In this document: in pieces, positions 37,528 to 48,500 of the stretch
Layout of the letters: every line of letters starts with the position of its first letter
Position numbering within the stretch: position 1 is the first letter of the stretch
The notes under the pieces: generated by a model
The model's input: the letters and a program-made list of their open reading frames with translations, nothing else
What the model was told of the DNA's origin: nothing
Databases searched by the model: none
Made by a program: the position numbers and the translations under genes
NCBI RefSeq assembly: GCF_041248615.1
Contig: NZ_CP158426.1
Origin: Escherichia coli
GTDB lineage: Bacteria > Pseudomonadota > Gammaproteobacteria > Enterobacterales > Enterobacteriaceae
Strand: one strand, 5' to 3'
Length of the DNA: 64,000 nt

Positions 37528-38550
37528 TCAGAAATCGTATTTGCCGATATTCTCTTTGTTGAATATCACGCGCTCCGGTAACAGTACGATGCCATTACCA
37601 TCCGCTTCGTAGTCATAGCCCTGAACGCTGTTTGGCGAGACTTCCACCTGACCTACGCCCTGGATATCCAGCTTGTCGCCCGTTTTCATTGATCCTTTTT
37701 TCAATAATGCATCCGCGACATACACTGAAATTTTGCCTTGCTGAACCACATCCCACAGGCCAAATTCTTTCACCGTGCCGCGTTCCACATATGGACGCAT
37801 CACGTTTGGCGTACTGAATCCGACAATCGCAACTTTGTCATTTTTCAGGTTTTCTGCGGCTTGTGCGGCAGCGGGCAGGGCATTGGCATCGGGGGCGATA
37901 ATGGCGTCGAGATCGCTATACGCTTTTAATATTCCTTCTGCGGTTTGTAACGATTTAGTGGCATCGTTATAGCCAAACTGCGTAGTGACAATTTCCCAGC
38001 CTCGATGCTCTTTGGCGATTTTCGCTTTCGCTTCTTTCACCCACTGGTTTTGGTCCGTAACGGTGGGGCTTGAGTAGAAAAAAGCGACTTTGGCTTTGTC
38101 TTTATTCACCTGACGCGCCGCCATATCCACCAACATACCTCCCAACTGGGCGGGCGTTCCCTGATTAATGTAGTAAGAGCGGCACTCCGGTTTAGTATCA
38201 GAGTCCCAGGTCAGCACTCTCACACCACGTTGCATGGCGCGTTTCAGTGCCGGACACAAGCCATCAGGCGAAACCGCAGAAACGATAATGGCGTTATAAC
38301 CTTGATTGACGAAGTTATTAATCAACTGTACCTGACCAGAAACACTGGGTTCTGTCGGCCCGTCGTAGGTCACATCAACGCCCAGCTCTTTACCCGCTTG
38401 TTGTGCGCCGTTGCCACCGCTGGTAAAAAATCCCACGCCAACCAGTTTGGGAATAAATGCAATACGCTCTGCGGCCTGCACATTCATAGAGATTGCGGCA
38501 ATGCCAAGCGCGCTAAGTAAGGCGATTTTCTTAAAGCGATGAAGTGTCAT
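37528..38550 (-). CDS. lsrB: autoinducer-2 periplasmic binding protein LsrB
   Basis: 340-aa ORF with signal peptide; type I periplasmic binding fold. Confidence 0.9.
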   Translation of the reverse strand: MTLHRFKKIALLSALGIAAISMNVQAAERIAFIPKLVGVGFFTSGGNGAQQAGKELGVDVTYDGPTEPSVSGQVQLINNFVNQGYNAIIVSAVSPDGLCPALKRAMQRGVRVLTWDSDTKPECRSYYINQGTPAQLGGMLVDMAARQVNKDKAKVAFFYSSPTVTDQNQWVKEAKAKIAKEHRGWEIVTTQFGYNDATKSLQTAEGILKAYSDLDAIIAPDANALPAAAQAAENLKNDKVAIVGFSTPNVMRPYVERGTVKEFGLWDVVQQGKISVYVADALLKKGSMKTGDKLDIQGVGQVEVSPNSVQGYDYEADGNGIVLLPERVIFNKENIGKYDF

Positions 38551-38561
38551 GAAGATATCCT

Positions 38562-39554
38562 TTATGGCAATGGGTTATTGGCCCGACGCGCCAGCCACTC
38601 TTTAATTTGCTGGCGATGCAGGCTAACGGAACGACCTACGACAACGACGATAAGTAGCGCACCGGAAAGGGCGCTGGACACCTGATTTGGCACTCCTGCC
38701 ATTTGCAAACCTTGTTGCAAATATCCCACTAATAAAACCGCAATGGCGGTGCCGATAATGGAACCGGAACCACCATAAATATTGGCACCGCCGAGCACCA
38801 CGGCGGTGATGGCGGGCATCAGAAATGACGCACCGAGATCGGAACGTGCTGAACCAAAATACGATACCAGCAGCACAGCGGCGACCGCAGATGCCAGACC
38901 CGTCATGGCATAGAGCGCACACAAGGTGCGGTTAACTGGAATCGCGCTATAAACCGCCACACGCGGGCTTTGCCCAATTAAAAACACGTTACGTCCGGCA
39001 TGGGTTTTATGCAGCCAGAGCCAGAAAACGAGGAGACATATCAGGAAGATAATCAGCGGAACAGGGAGTCCCAGCACATCCAGGTTAGCGAAATCTGTAA
39101 ACGCCATCGGGAATCCACCAATACCTTCGTACCCCGTCGCTCCGGCCATCCCGGAAAGCAGCAGGGCGCTTCCGGCAAACAGATACAGCGTGCCAAGCGT
39201 AATCACCAGCGGGTTAACTTTGGTATAGATAATTAATCCGGCGTTGATCAACCCGCACAATGCGCCGAGCAGTAAGGTCAGAAGAATCGCCAGCGGCATC
39301 GGCACACCACTTTGAAACAGTACGCCCAATGCAATGGCGCAGAGGCCGATAGTCGAACCAAACGAAATATCGATCCCACCACTGACAATCACCATCGTCA
39401 GCGGTAGGGCGACAATGCCAATGCAGATAAAGTCACTGGTGCTGAACAGCAACATATTGAGATCTAACATCCGCGGGTTAATTACACCAAATGCAACAAT
39501 CTCAATAACGAGCAGTGCGGCAAGAGCCAGTTCCCAACCGTAGCGAATACGCAT
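38562..39554 (-). CDS. lsrD: AI-2 ABC transporter permease LsrD
   Basis: 330-aa multi-TM ORF; start overlaps the lsrC stop by 1 nt. Confidence 0.9.
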   Translation of the reverse strand: MRIRYGWELALAALLVIEIVAFGVINPRMLDLNMLLFSTSDFICIGIVALPLTMVIVSGGIDISFGSTIGLCAIALGVLFQSGVPMPLAILLTLLLGALCGLINAGLIIYTKVNPLVITLGTLYLFAGSALLLSGMAGATGYEGIGGFPMAFTDFANLDVLGLPVPLIIFLICLLVFWLWLHKTHAGRNVFLIGQSPRVAVYSAIPVNRTLCALYAMTGLASAVAAVLLVSYFGSARSDLGASFLMPAITAVVLGGANIYGGSGSIIGTAIAVLLVGYLQQGLQMAGVPNQVSSALSGALLIVVVVGRSVSLHRQQIKEWLARRANNPLP

Positions 39555-40582
39555 TACGCGGCCTCCCGTTTTTTACCTGACGAAGCGGGTTTAACGGATG
39601 GCGGTGGCATCATAAAGCGGGCATATTTTTGCCGCCGTAGATTACGTTCCAGCGCACAACGCAGGCGTCCATCAAACACCAGCACCGCCAGCAGAACCAG
39701 GCCCGCGATAAAATCATTCCACCATGCCGGAATGCGCAACAGCACCAGTACACTATCGATCTGCGTCAGGAACCATGCGCCGAGTACCGCACCGATGATC
39801 GCGCCGGAACCGCCGAGCAAACTAATGCCGCCCAGCACGCAGGCTGCAATTGCTTTCATCTCCAGCCCGGTACCGGTCTGGTTGGGGATAAAACCAATCT
39901 GCGAAGCAAACACAATCCCCGCCAGTGCCGCCATGCAGCCGTTCAACGAAAATGCCACAATGCGAATGGCTTCCGTACGAACGCCCAGTTGACGAGCGCC
40001 CTGTAAATTATCGCCCGTGGCATAAAAACTGCGTCCAAACGCCGTCTTTGCCAGCAGCCAGGCCATAAATGCCACCAGAATTATCGTCAACCAACCAATC
40101 GCGGAAACGCCAAACAGCAGCGGGGCGGAGAGTTGTTTCAGTTCGGCGGGTAATCCCTCAATCCATTTACCGCCAGTCCACAGCAACATGATGCCTCTGT
40201 ACAACCCTAACGTGCCAAGGGTGGCGACAATGGCAGGGATCTTTAGCCACGCGACCAGGACACCGTTAAAAAATCCCGCGAGCAAACCAAGCAGTAAAGT
40301 CGCGACACAAGCAACAGGTAGTGAATACCCCGCGTTCAGTAACATCCCCAATAGCACCGCGCACATTCCGGTAATCGAACCTACCGAAACATCGATATTG
40401 CGCGTGAGCATCACCAGCGTCGCGCCCATTGCCAGCAGGATCAGGATTTGCGCGCTGCTATAAACCATGGTCAGCGTTTGCATACTTAAATACTGGCGGT
40501 CGAGAAAACCGGGTAATACAAACAGCAGCACCACCGCCAGCAGTGCCGTGATTTCACGGTTGTTCTGAATAAATTTCAGCAT
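39554..40582 (-). CDS. lsrC: AI-2 ABC transporter permease LsrC
   Basis: 342-aa multi-TM ORF; overlaps the lsrA 3' end by 7 nt. Confidence 0.9.
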   Translation of the reverse strand: MLKFIQNNREITALLAVVLLFVLPGFLDRQYLSMQTLTMVYSSAQILILLAMGATLVMLTRNIDVSVGSITGMCAVLLGMLLNAGYSLPVACVATLLLGLLAGFFNGVLVAWLKIPAIVATLGTLGLYRGIMLLWTGGKWIEGLPAELKQLSAPLLFGVSAIGWLTIILVAFMAWLLAKTAFGRSFYATGDNLQGARQLGVRTEAIRIVAFSLNGCMAALAGIVFASQIGFIPNQTGTGLEMKAIAACVLGGISLLGGSGAIIGAVLGAWFLTQIDSVLVLLRIPAWWNDFIAGLVLLAVLVFDGRLRCALERNLRRQKYARFMMPPPSVKPASSGKKREAA

Positions 40583-42111
40583 GACGCCTCCTGACGCTGA
40601 CTATCGCCGAAGGCAACGCGCATAATGGTCTCGACATTAATATCGCGTCCGGTCAGTGCAGAGTGGGCAATTTCGCCCTGATGCATCACATATACGCGAT
40701 CTGCCATCAGTTCGATCTCTTCCAGATCAGAGGAGATAAGCAGCACTGCCACATTCTGTGCGGCGATGCTGCGCAACAGCTGGTAGATATCATTACGGGC
40801 TGAGACATCCACGCCGCGCGTCGGCTCATCGACAATCAATACTTGGGGCGAGGCTTCCAGACATTTGGCAATCAGGATTTTTTGCTGGTTGCCGCCGGAT
40901 AAGGTCCGCGCAGCTTGTTCCGGTTGGTTAAATTTAATATTCAGCGCCCGACGATAACGTTCCAGTGTGGCGTTATCTTTCGCGGTTTTCGCCCAGAATC
41001 CACGAAGGTTATGAGTAAGGGCGCAGACATTCCAGGCCAGCGAAGCATCGAGATTCAGTCCGGATGACTGGCGATCTTCCGGCAGATAAACCAGACCGCG
41101 CAGTAAACGTTCTCCAGTGGATAATTTATTGATCTCTTTACCATTCAGCATAATGCGTCCGCCACGCAAAGTACGCAGACCATAGAGCGTCTCGGCCAGT
41201 TCTGTGCGTCCGGCTCCCACCAGCCCAGCCAGGCCCAGAATTTCTCCGGCATTGAGCGTCAGGCTGACATTCCTGAAACCTTCGCCGGTCAGATTTTCCA
41301 GTGTCAGCACTGGCGTTCCGGCGGCATGTTGTGGGCGGTTGCCAGGTAATTCCAGCCATAATTTTTGGCTGGCAGAGAGCGATTTTTCCCGTAGCGCTGG
41401 CGTAATGGCCTGAATAATGTCGTCGGTAGACAGTTCGCTGGTTTTGCCGCTTAAGGCGATGGTTCCGTCGCGCATCACGCTAATTCGGTCGGCAATCTGG
41501 CGAATTTCCGGCAGCTTATGCGAGATAAAAACAATACCCACGCCAGTAGCAAGCAGCTCCCGCAAGCGAATAAACAAACGTTCGGTTTCGGCGGGAGTAA
41601 GCGAGGCGGTAGGTTCATCGAGGATCAGAATTCGCGAATCGCGCATCAGGCCGCGGAGGATTTCCACCATTTGGCGATCGGCAACATCCAGCGATCCTGC
41701 CAGACTATGCAGATCAAACTGGCAGCCCAGCGCCGCCAGTAAGTTATTCATTTTCTGTATGGAGAGCTGTTTTTTTGCCAGACCAAACAGGATGTTTTCT
41801 TTTATCGACAGGCTTGGAAAAAGCAGCGGTTCCTGGGGAACGAGATAAATGCCCAACTGATGAGCATGAACTGGCGTTAATCTGGTGTAGTTGTTGCCCC
41901 CAATCTCCAGCGTACCGCTATCAGCAGGGGTAATACCGGCAATAATCTTCATTAACGTCGATTTACCGGCCCCATTGCCGCCGAGCAGGGCGTGGACCTC
42001 CCCCTGATGCAACGTAAAATCGATGCCTTTCAGGACATTAACCCCTGAATACTGTTTATAAACCGAGCGGGCGCAAAGTAGCGGTAACGCGCGGGTATCA
42101 CTCGTTTGCAT
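40576..42111 (-). CDS. lsrA: AI-2 ABC transporter ATP-binding protein LsrA (duplicated ABC domains)
   Basis: 511-aa ORF with two Walker A motifs (GGNGAGKST and GLVGAGRTE). Confidence 0.9.
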   Translation of the reverse strand: MQTSDTRALPLLCARSVYKQYSGVNVLKGIDFTLHQGEVHALLGGNGAGKSTLMKIIAGITPADSGTLEIGGNNYTRLTPVHAHQLGIYLVPQEPLLFPSLSIKENILFGLAKKQLSIQKMNNLLAALGCQFDLHSLAGSLDVADRQMVEILRGLMRDSRILILDEPTASLTPAETERLFIRLRELLATGVGIVFISHKLPEIRQIADRISVMRDGTIALSGKTSELSTDDIIQAITPALREKSLSASQKLWLELPGNRPQHAAGTPVLTLENLTGEGFRNVSLTLNAGEILGLAGLVGAGRTELAETLYGLRTLRGGRIMLNGKEINKLSTGERLLRGLVYLPEDRQSSGLNLDASLAWNVCALTHNLRGFWAKTAKDNATLERYRRALNIKFNQPEQAARTLSGGNQQKILIAKCLEASPQVLIVDEPTRGVDVSARNDIYQLLRSIAAQNVAVLLISSDLEEIELMADRVYVMHQGEIAHSALTGRDINVETIMRVAFGDSQRQEASC

Positions 42112-42359
42112 ATTTCCCCCGTTCAGTTTTGCAGGTGAGTTTTGAACAAATGTATTTCTGCTTTTAATTTGTTCATAACCTTAGGTGGACATTGCACATA
42201 TTTCCGACGAATAGATCACAATTTATGCTATTTTGATTTTCACGGTTGCGTTTGTTCATGCTCGTAGAGTCAAACTGCGGTTGCCATCACAGATATAAAT
42301 GCGCAATAACTGAACAATTGCATTAAAGATTTAAGTATGTTCAAAGTGAAGAATGAATT
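42112..42359. promoter_or_regulatory. divergent lsrA/lsrR control region; inverted repeat TGAACAAAT-N15-ATTTGTTCA at about 42143..42175 and further TGAACA-like half sites
   Basis: repeats read directly; LsrR and cAMP-CRP control is established for this locus but individual sites here are not verified. Confidence 0.45.
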
Positions 42360-43313
42360 ATGACAATCAACGATTCGGTAATTTCAGAACAGGGAATGTG
42401 TGAAGAAGAACAGGTCGCGCGGATTGCGTGGTTTTACTACCACGACGGGCTGACCCAGAGTGAGATCAGCGATCGTCTCGGCCTGACCCGTTTGAAAGTG
42501 TCGCGATTACTGGAGAAAGGGCATCAATCCGGCATTATTCGCGTACAGATTAATTCTCGCTTTGAAGGCTGTCTGGAATATGAAACACAATTACGTCGTC
42601 AGTTTTCGCTGCAACATGTCCGGGTGATCCCAGGGCTTGCGGATGCTGATGTCGGCGGGCGACTAGGGATAGGCGCGGCGCATATGTTGATGAGTTTACT
42701 TCAACCACAACAGATGCTGGCGATTGGTTTTGGCGAGGCAACCATGAATACGCTGCAACGCTTAAGTGGTTTTATTTCGTCGCAGCAAATTCGCCTGGTC
42801 ACGCTCTCCGGTGGCGTCGGTTCTTATATGACGGGTATCGGACAGCTTAACGCGGCGTGCAGTGTGAATATTATTCCGGCTCCGCTGCGGGCATCCTCCG
42901 CTGACATTGCCCGTACGCTAAAAAATGAAAATTGCGTCAAAGATGTTCTGTTAGCCGCGCAAGCAGCGGATGTGGCGATTGTCGGCATTGGGGCCGTGAG
43001 TCAACAAGACGACGCGACGATCATTCGCTCCGGTTATATCAGCCAGGGCGAACAGTTAATGATTGGCCGAAAAGGGGCGGTTGGCGACATCTTAGGCTAC
43101 TTTTTTGATGCAAAAGGTGACGTTGTCACGGATATCAAAATACATAACGAACTGATTGGCTTACCTTTAAGCGCGCTGAAGACCATTCCCGTCCGGGTTG
43201 GCGTAGCAGGGGGAGAAAATAAAGCCGAAGCCATTGCCTCTGCAATGAAAGGCGGTTATATCAACGCACTGGTTACCGATCAGGACACAGCAGCGGCGAT
43301 TTTAAGTAGTTAA
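42360..43313 (+). CDS. lsrR: transcriptional repressor LsrR (SorC family)
   Basis: 317-aa ORF recognised as LsrR. Confidence 0.9.
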   Translation: MTINDSVISEQGMCEEEQVARIAWFYYHDGLTQSEISDRLGLTRLKVSRLLEKGHQSGIIRVQINSRFEGCLEYETQLRRQFSLQHVRVIPGLADADVGGRLGIGAAHMLMSLLQPQQMLAIGFGEATMNTLQRLSGFISSQQIRLVTLSGGVGSYMTGIGQLNAACSVNIIPAPLRASSADIARTLKNENCVKDVLLAAQAADVAIVGIGAVSQQDDATIIRSGYISQGEQLMIGRKGAVGDILGYFFDAKGDVVTDIKIHNELIGLPLSALKTIPVRVGVAGGENKAEAIASAMKGGYINALVTDQDTAAAILSS

Positions 43314-43391
43314 ATTTGCATGACCTTATTACCGGGAATGATGGAGAACGTACAGAGGAACAGACAGAACGCATAAGCCGAGGATAATCTA

Positions 43392-44984
43392 ATGGCTCGA
43401 CTCTTTACCCCTTCAGAATCAAAGTATTACCTGATGGCGCTGGATGCAGGTACCGGAAGTATTCGGGCTGTGATATTCGACCTGGAAGGCAATCAAATAG
43501 CCGTGGGACAGGCGGAGTGGCGGCACCTGGCAGTACCGGACGTTCCTGGTTCTATGGAATTTGATCTCAACAAAAACTGGCAACTGGCGTGTGAGTGTAT
43601 GCGCCAGGCGCTGCACAACGCCGGCATAGCCCCGGAGTATATCGCTGCCGTTTCGGCATGTTCGATGCGTGAAGGCATTGTTTTATATAACAATGATGGA
43701 ACACCGATCTGGGCCTGCGCCAATGTGGATGCCAGAGCGGCGCGCGAAGTTAGCGAACTTAAAGAACTGCACAACAATACCTTTGAAAACGAAGTTTATC
43801 GCGCCACCGGACAAACGCTGGCTTTAAGCGCTATTCCCAGATTACTTTGGCTGGCGCACCATCGTTCTGATATCTACCGACAGGCGTCGACCATCACCAT
43901 GATCAGCGACTGGCTGGCCTATATGCTCAGCGGCGAACTGGCGGTGGATCCCTCTAACGCTGGCACCACGGGACTTCTTGATCTAACCACCCGTGACTGG
44001 AAACCTGCATTGCTGGATATGGCCGGACTGCGGGCCGATATTCTTTCTCCTGTCAAAGAAACCGGCACATTGCTGGGCGTGGTAAGTTCACAAGCGGCGG
44101 AACTCTGCGGTCTGAAGGCGGGCACTCCGGTGGTCGTTGGAGGAGGCGACGTGCAACTTGGTTGCCTTGGGTTAGGCGTTGTCCGTCCGGCACAAACCGC
44201 TGTTCTTGGCGGCACATTCTGGCAGCAAGTTGTAAACTTAGCCGCGCCGGTGACAGACCCAGAAATGAACGTGCGCGTTAATCCTCATGTTATTCCTGGC
44301 ATGGTACAAGCTGAATCTATAAGCTTTTTTACCGGACTCACCATGCGCTGGTTCCGCGATGCTTTCTGTGCCGAAGAAAAACTGATTGCCGAACGTTTAG
44401 GCATCGACACCTATACGCTGCTTGAAGAGATGGCAAGTCGGGTGCCGCCTGGGTCGTGGGGCGTAATGCCGATATTCTCCGACAGAATGCGCTTTAAAAC
44501 CTGGTATCACGCTGCGCCTTCCTTTATTAATTTGTCTATTGATCCGGATAAATGTAACAAAGCGACATTGTTCCGTGCGCTGGAAGAAAATGCGGCGATA
44601 GTATCAGCGTGTAACTTGCAGCAAATCGCTGATTTCTCGAATATTCATCCTTCATCGTTAGTCTTTGCAGGCGGAGGTTCAAAAGGGAAATTATGGAGTC
44701 AAATTCTCGCTGATGTCTCGGGATTACCCGTCAATATTCCGGTGGTCAAAGAAGCCACTGCATTAGGATGTGCCATTGCAGCTGGCGTCGGTGCCGGAAT
44801 TTTTTCATCAATGGCAGAAACCGGAGAACGCCTGGTTCGCTGGGAACGGACGCACACACCAGACCCGGAAAAGCATGAACTTTATCAGGATTCACGCGAT
44901 AAGTGGCAGGCAGTTTATCAGGATCAGCTGGGGCTGGTTGATCACGGGCTGACGACGTCGTTATGGAAAGCGCCTGGGTTATAG
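43392..44984 (+). CDS. lsrK: autoinducer-2 kinase LsrK (FGGY carbohydrate kinase family)
   Basis: 530-aa ORF recognised as LsrK. Confidence 0.9.
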   Translation: MARLFTPSESKYYLMALDAGTGSIRAVIFDLEGNQIAVGQAEWRHLAVPDVPGSMEFDLNKNWQLACECMRQALHNAGIAPEYIAAVSACSMREGIVLYNNDGTPIWACANVDARAAREVSELKELHNNTFENEVYRATGQTLALSAIPRLLWLAHHRSDIYRQASTITMISDWLAYMLSGELAVDPSNAGTTGLLDLTTRDWKPALLDMAGLRADILSPVKETGTLLGVVSSQAAELCGLKAGTPVVVGGGDVQLGCLGLGVVRPAQTAVLGGTFWQQVVNLAAPVTDPEMNVRVNPHVIPGMVQAESISFFTGLTMRWFRDAFCAEEKLIAERLGIDTYTLLEEMASRVPPGSWGVMPIFSDRMRFKTWYHAAPSFINLSIDPDKCNKATLFRALEENAAIVSACNLQQIADFSNIHPSSLVFAGGGSKGKLWSQILADVSGLPVNIPVVKEATALGCAIAAGVGAGIFSSMAETGERLVRWERTHTPDPEKHELYQDSRDKWQAVYQDQLGLVDHGLTTSLWKAPGL

Positions 44985-44992
44985 TTTCATTG

Positions 44993-45028
44993 ACAGCCAC
45001 ATCATGATGACCGTGGCTGTTAGTTTTT
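44993..45028 (+). terminator. terminator-like hairpin after lsrK (ACAGCCAC...GTGGCTGT then TAGTTTTT)
   Basis: read directly; loop is long but contains a nested TCATGA palindrome. Confidence 0.4.
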
Positions 45029-45513
45029 GAGTATTGGTATTCTCATTTCCCTTCTTTTAGAGCTGGTTTGTTAAATGCCAGCTTGCAGATTCATCGTTCC
45101 ATCGCCAGTAATATATTCAAGGGGAAATTGCTATTTTTCTTAAAATATTAAGCATAACCCTTATTTTATAGCGAATATTCCTAAAGGCACAAATGAATGA
45201 AAAAGAGTTTTAATAGAGTTCTTTTTTAGCAATTAATGCTATTCTTTGTTAAATATGATGATGGTAATTTTCTTATTAAAAGAAACATTTTTCTTATTAA
45301 GCAACAATAACTCATGGTTCATTTTTAAATAAAATAAGAACTATGCAATTTTTAATTTATCAATTCGAAAGTATTAGCAAATTAGCCAAATTGACACCTT
45401 CCCACCTCCAACCAACACTCAATACAGACCTCTGACAATTTAATAAGTTTCATTTTTAATGTCTGACGACTCATCTCTTTCGTGGCTGTATTGTTTGTAT
45501 ATGGAGCGTTTAT

Positions 45514-48500
45514 ATGAATAGAATCTATCGCGTGATATGGAATTGCACCCTACAGGCATTTCAGGTCTGCTCGGAATTAACTCGCAGGGTAGGTAAAACA
45601 TCGACGGTTAATTTGCGTAAATCCTCTGGGCTGACAACGAAATTCAGTAGATTGACGCTGGGTGTTTTGCTGGCACTAAGCGGTTCAGCGTCTGGTGCGA
45701 GTCTGGAAGTTGATAATGATCAGATTACCAATATTGATACTGATGTTGCTTATGATGCCTACCTGGTTGGCTGGTATGGCACTGGAGTGCTTAATATTTT
45801 GGCTGGCGGTAATGCCTCCTTAACCACTATTACTACCAGCGTCATTGGTGGTAATGAGAACTCGAAGGGCACCGTTAATGTTTTGGGTGGCACCTGGCGA
45901 TTGTATGATAGCGGAAATAATGCAAGGCCTTTAAATGTGGGCCAATCCGGAACGGGGATGCTGAATATTAAACAGAAGGGGCACGTTGATGGAGGCTATT
46001 TAAGATTAGGTACTCAAGCTGTAGGCGTCGGGATGGTTAATGTTGAGGGAGAGGACTCGGTTCTGACGACGGAGTTATTCGAAATAGGTAGCTATGGCAC
46101 AGGTTCATTAAATATTACGGATAAGGCTTATGTCACGAGTTCAATCGTCGCCATTTTAGGCTATCAGACGGGCAGTAATGGCCAGGTTGTCGTTGAAAAG
46201 GGCGGTGAGTGGCTAATAAAAAATAACGATTCCTCAATTGAATTTCAAATTGGTAATCAAGGAACTGGGGAAGCGACTATTCGCGAGGGTGGGCTGATTA
46301 CGGCTGAAAATACGATTATCGGTGGCAATGCCACCGGTATCGGAACCCTGAATGTGCAGGATCAAGACTCTGTCATCACGGTACGCAGACTCTATAATGG
46401 ATATTTCGGTAATGGCACAGTCAATATTTCCAATAATGGACTGATTAATAATAAAGAATATTCATTGGTGGGCGTTCAGGACGGTTCCCACGGTGTCGTC
46501 AACGTGACTGATAAAGGGCATTGGAATTTCCTCGGAACGGGCGAAGCTTTCCGCTATATCTATATCGGTGATGCTGGCGATGGTGAACTTAATGTCTCGA
46601 GTGAAGGCAAAGTAGATTCGGGAATTATCACTGCGGGGATGAAAGAAACAGGCACAGGCAACATTACTGTTAAGGATAAGAACTCCGTTATCACTAATCT
46701 CGGAACTAATCTTGGTTATGACGGCCACGGCGAAATGAATATCAGTAATGAGGGGCTTGTTGTCAGCAACGGAGGAAGTTCACTCGGTTATGGAGAAACC
46801 GGCGTCGGGAAGGTTAGCATCACCACGGGGGGGATGTGGGAGGTCAATAAGAATGTCTATACCACCATTGGTGTTGCGGGCGTCGGAAACCTCAATATTA
46901 GCGATGGCGGTAAGTTTGTATCGCAAAATATTACTTTTTTGGGCGATAAAGCAAGCGGTATCGGCACACTGAACCTGATGGATGCGACATCATCGTTCGA
47001 TACTGTAGGTATCAATGTCGGTAATTTTGGTAGCGGCATCGTAAATGTCAGTAATGGTGCCACCCTTAATTCAACGGGCTATGGATTTATCGGAGGAAAT
47101 GCCTCCGGTAAGGGGATAGTTAATATTTCAACGGATAGTCTCTGGAATTTAAAAACGTCATCTACTAACGCCCAATTGCTACAGGTCGGTGTATTAGGCG
47201 CGGGTGAACTGAATATTACCACCGGAGGTATAGTTAAAGCGCGTGATACACAAATAGCTCTCAATGACAAAAGTAAGGGCGACGTGCGGGTGGATGGGCA
47301 GAACTCTCTTCTTGAAGCATTCAATATGAACGTAGGGACGACAGGCACGGGTACGTTAACCCTGACGAATAACGGTACGCTGAATGTCGAAGGTGGAGAG
47401 GTTTACTTAGGTGTTTTTGAGCCTGCTGTAGGAACGCTAAACATTGGTGCTGCTCACGGTGAGGCGGCGGTAGATGCCGGGTTTATCACCAACGCGACGA
47501 AAGTAGAGTTTGGCTCTGGCGAAGGTGTTTTTGTCTTTAATCATACTAATAACAGTGATGCCGGCTACCAGGTCTATATGCTGATTACAGGTGACGATAA
47601 AGACGGAAAAGTGATCCATGATGCAGGCCATACGGTGTTCAATGCAGGGAATACTTATAGCGGTAAAACGTTGGTCAATGACGGCCTCCTGACCATTGCG
47701 TCTCATACGGCAGATGGGGTAACGGGCATGGGTTCGAGTGAAGTAACCATTGCAAACCCCGGTACGCTCGACATTCTCGCATCAACGAACAGTGCAGGAG
47801 ATTACACGCTGACCAATGCGCTCAAAGGCGATGGCTTGATGCGAGTGCAGCTGTCATCCTCCGACAAAATGTTTGGCTTTACCCATGCAACAGGAACTGA
47901 ATTCGCCGGTGTTGCCCAACTGAAAGACAGTACCTTCGCACTGGAACGCGACAACACCGCTGCGCTTACTCACGCGATGCTGCAGTCTGACAGTGAAAAT
48001 ACCACATCGGTAAAAGTGGGAGAGCAATCCATTGGTGGACTAGCCATGAATGGCGGTACGCTCACTTTCGATACGGATATACCTGCTGCGACGCTTGCGG
48101 AGGGATATATCAGCGTCGATACACTGGTTGTCGGCGCGGGTGACTACACCTGGAAAGGCCGTAACTATCAGGTAAACGGGACGGGCGACGTGCTTATCGA
48201 CGTGCCTAAACCGTGGAATGATCCCATGGCGAATAACCCTCTGACGACGCTCAATTTGCTGGAACACGATGATAGCCATGTCGGCGTTCAACTGGTGAAG
48301 GCGCAAACGGTTATTGGGTCGGGTGGCTCATTAACGTTACGTGATTTACAGGGCGACGAGGTGGAAGCGGACAAAACGTTACATATTGCACAAAACGGGA
48401 CAGTGGTCGCCGAGGGTGATTATGGATTCCGCCTCACGACCGCACCTGGTGATGGTTTGTATGTTAACTATGGGCTGAAAGCGCTGAACATCCATGGTGG

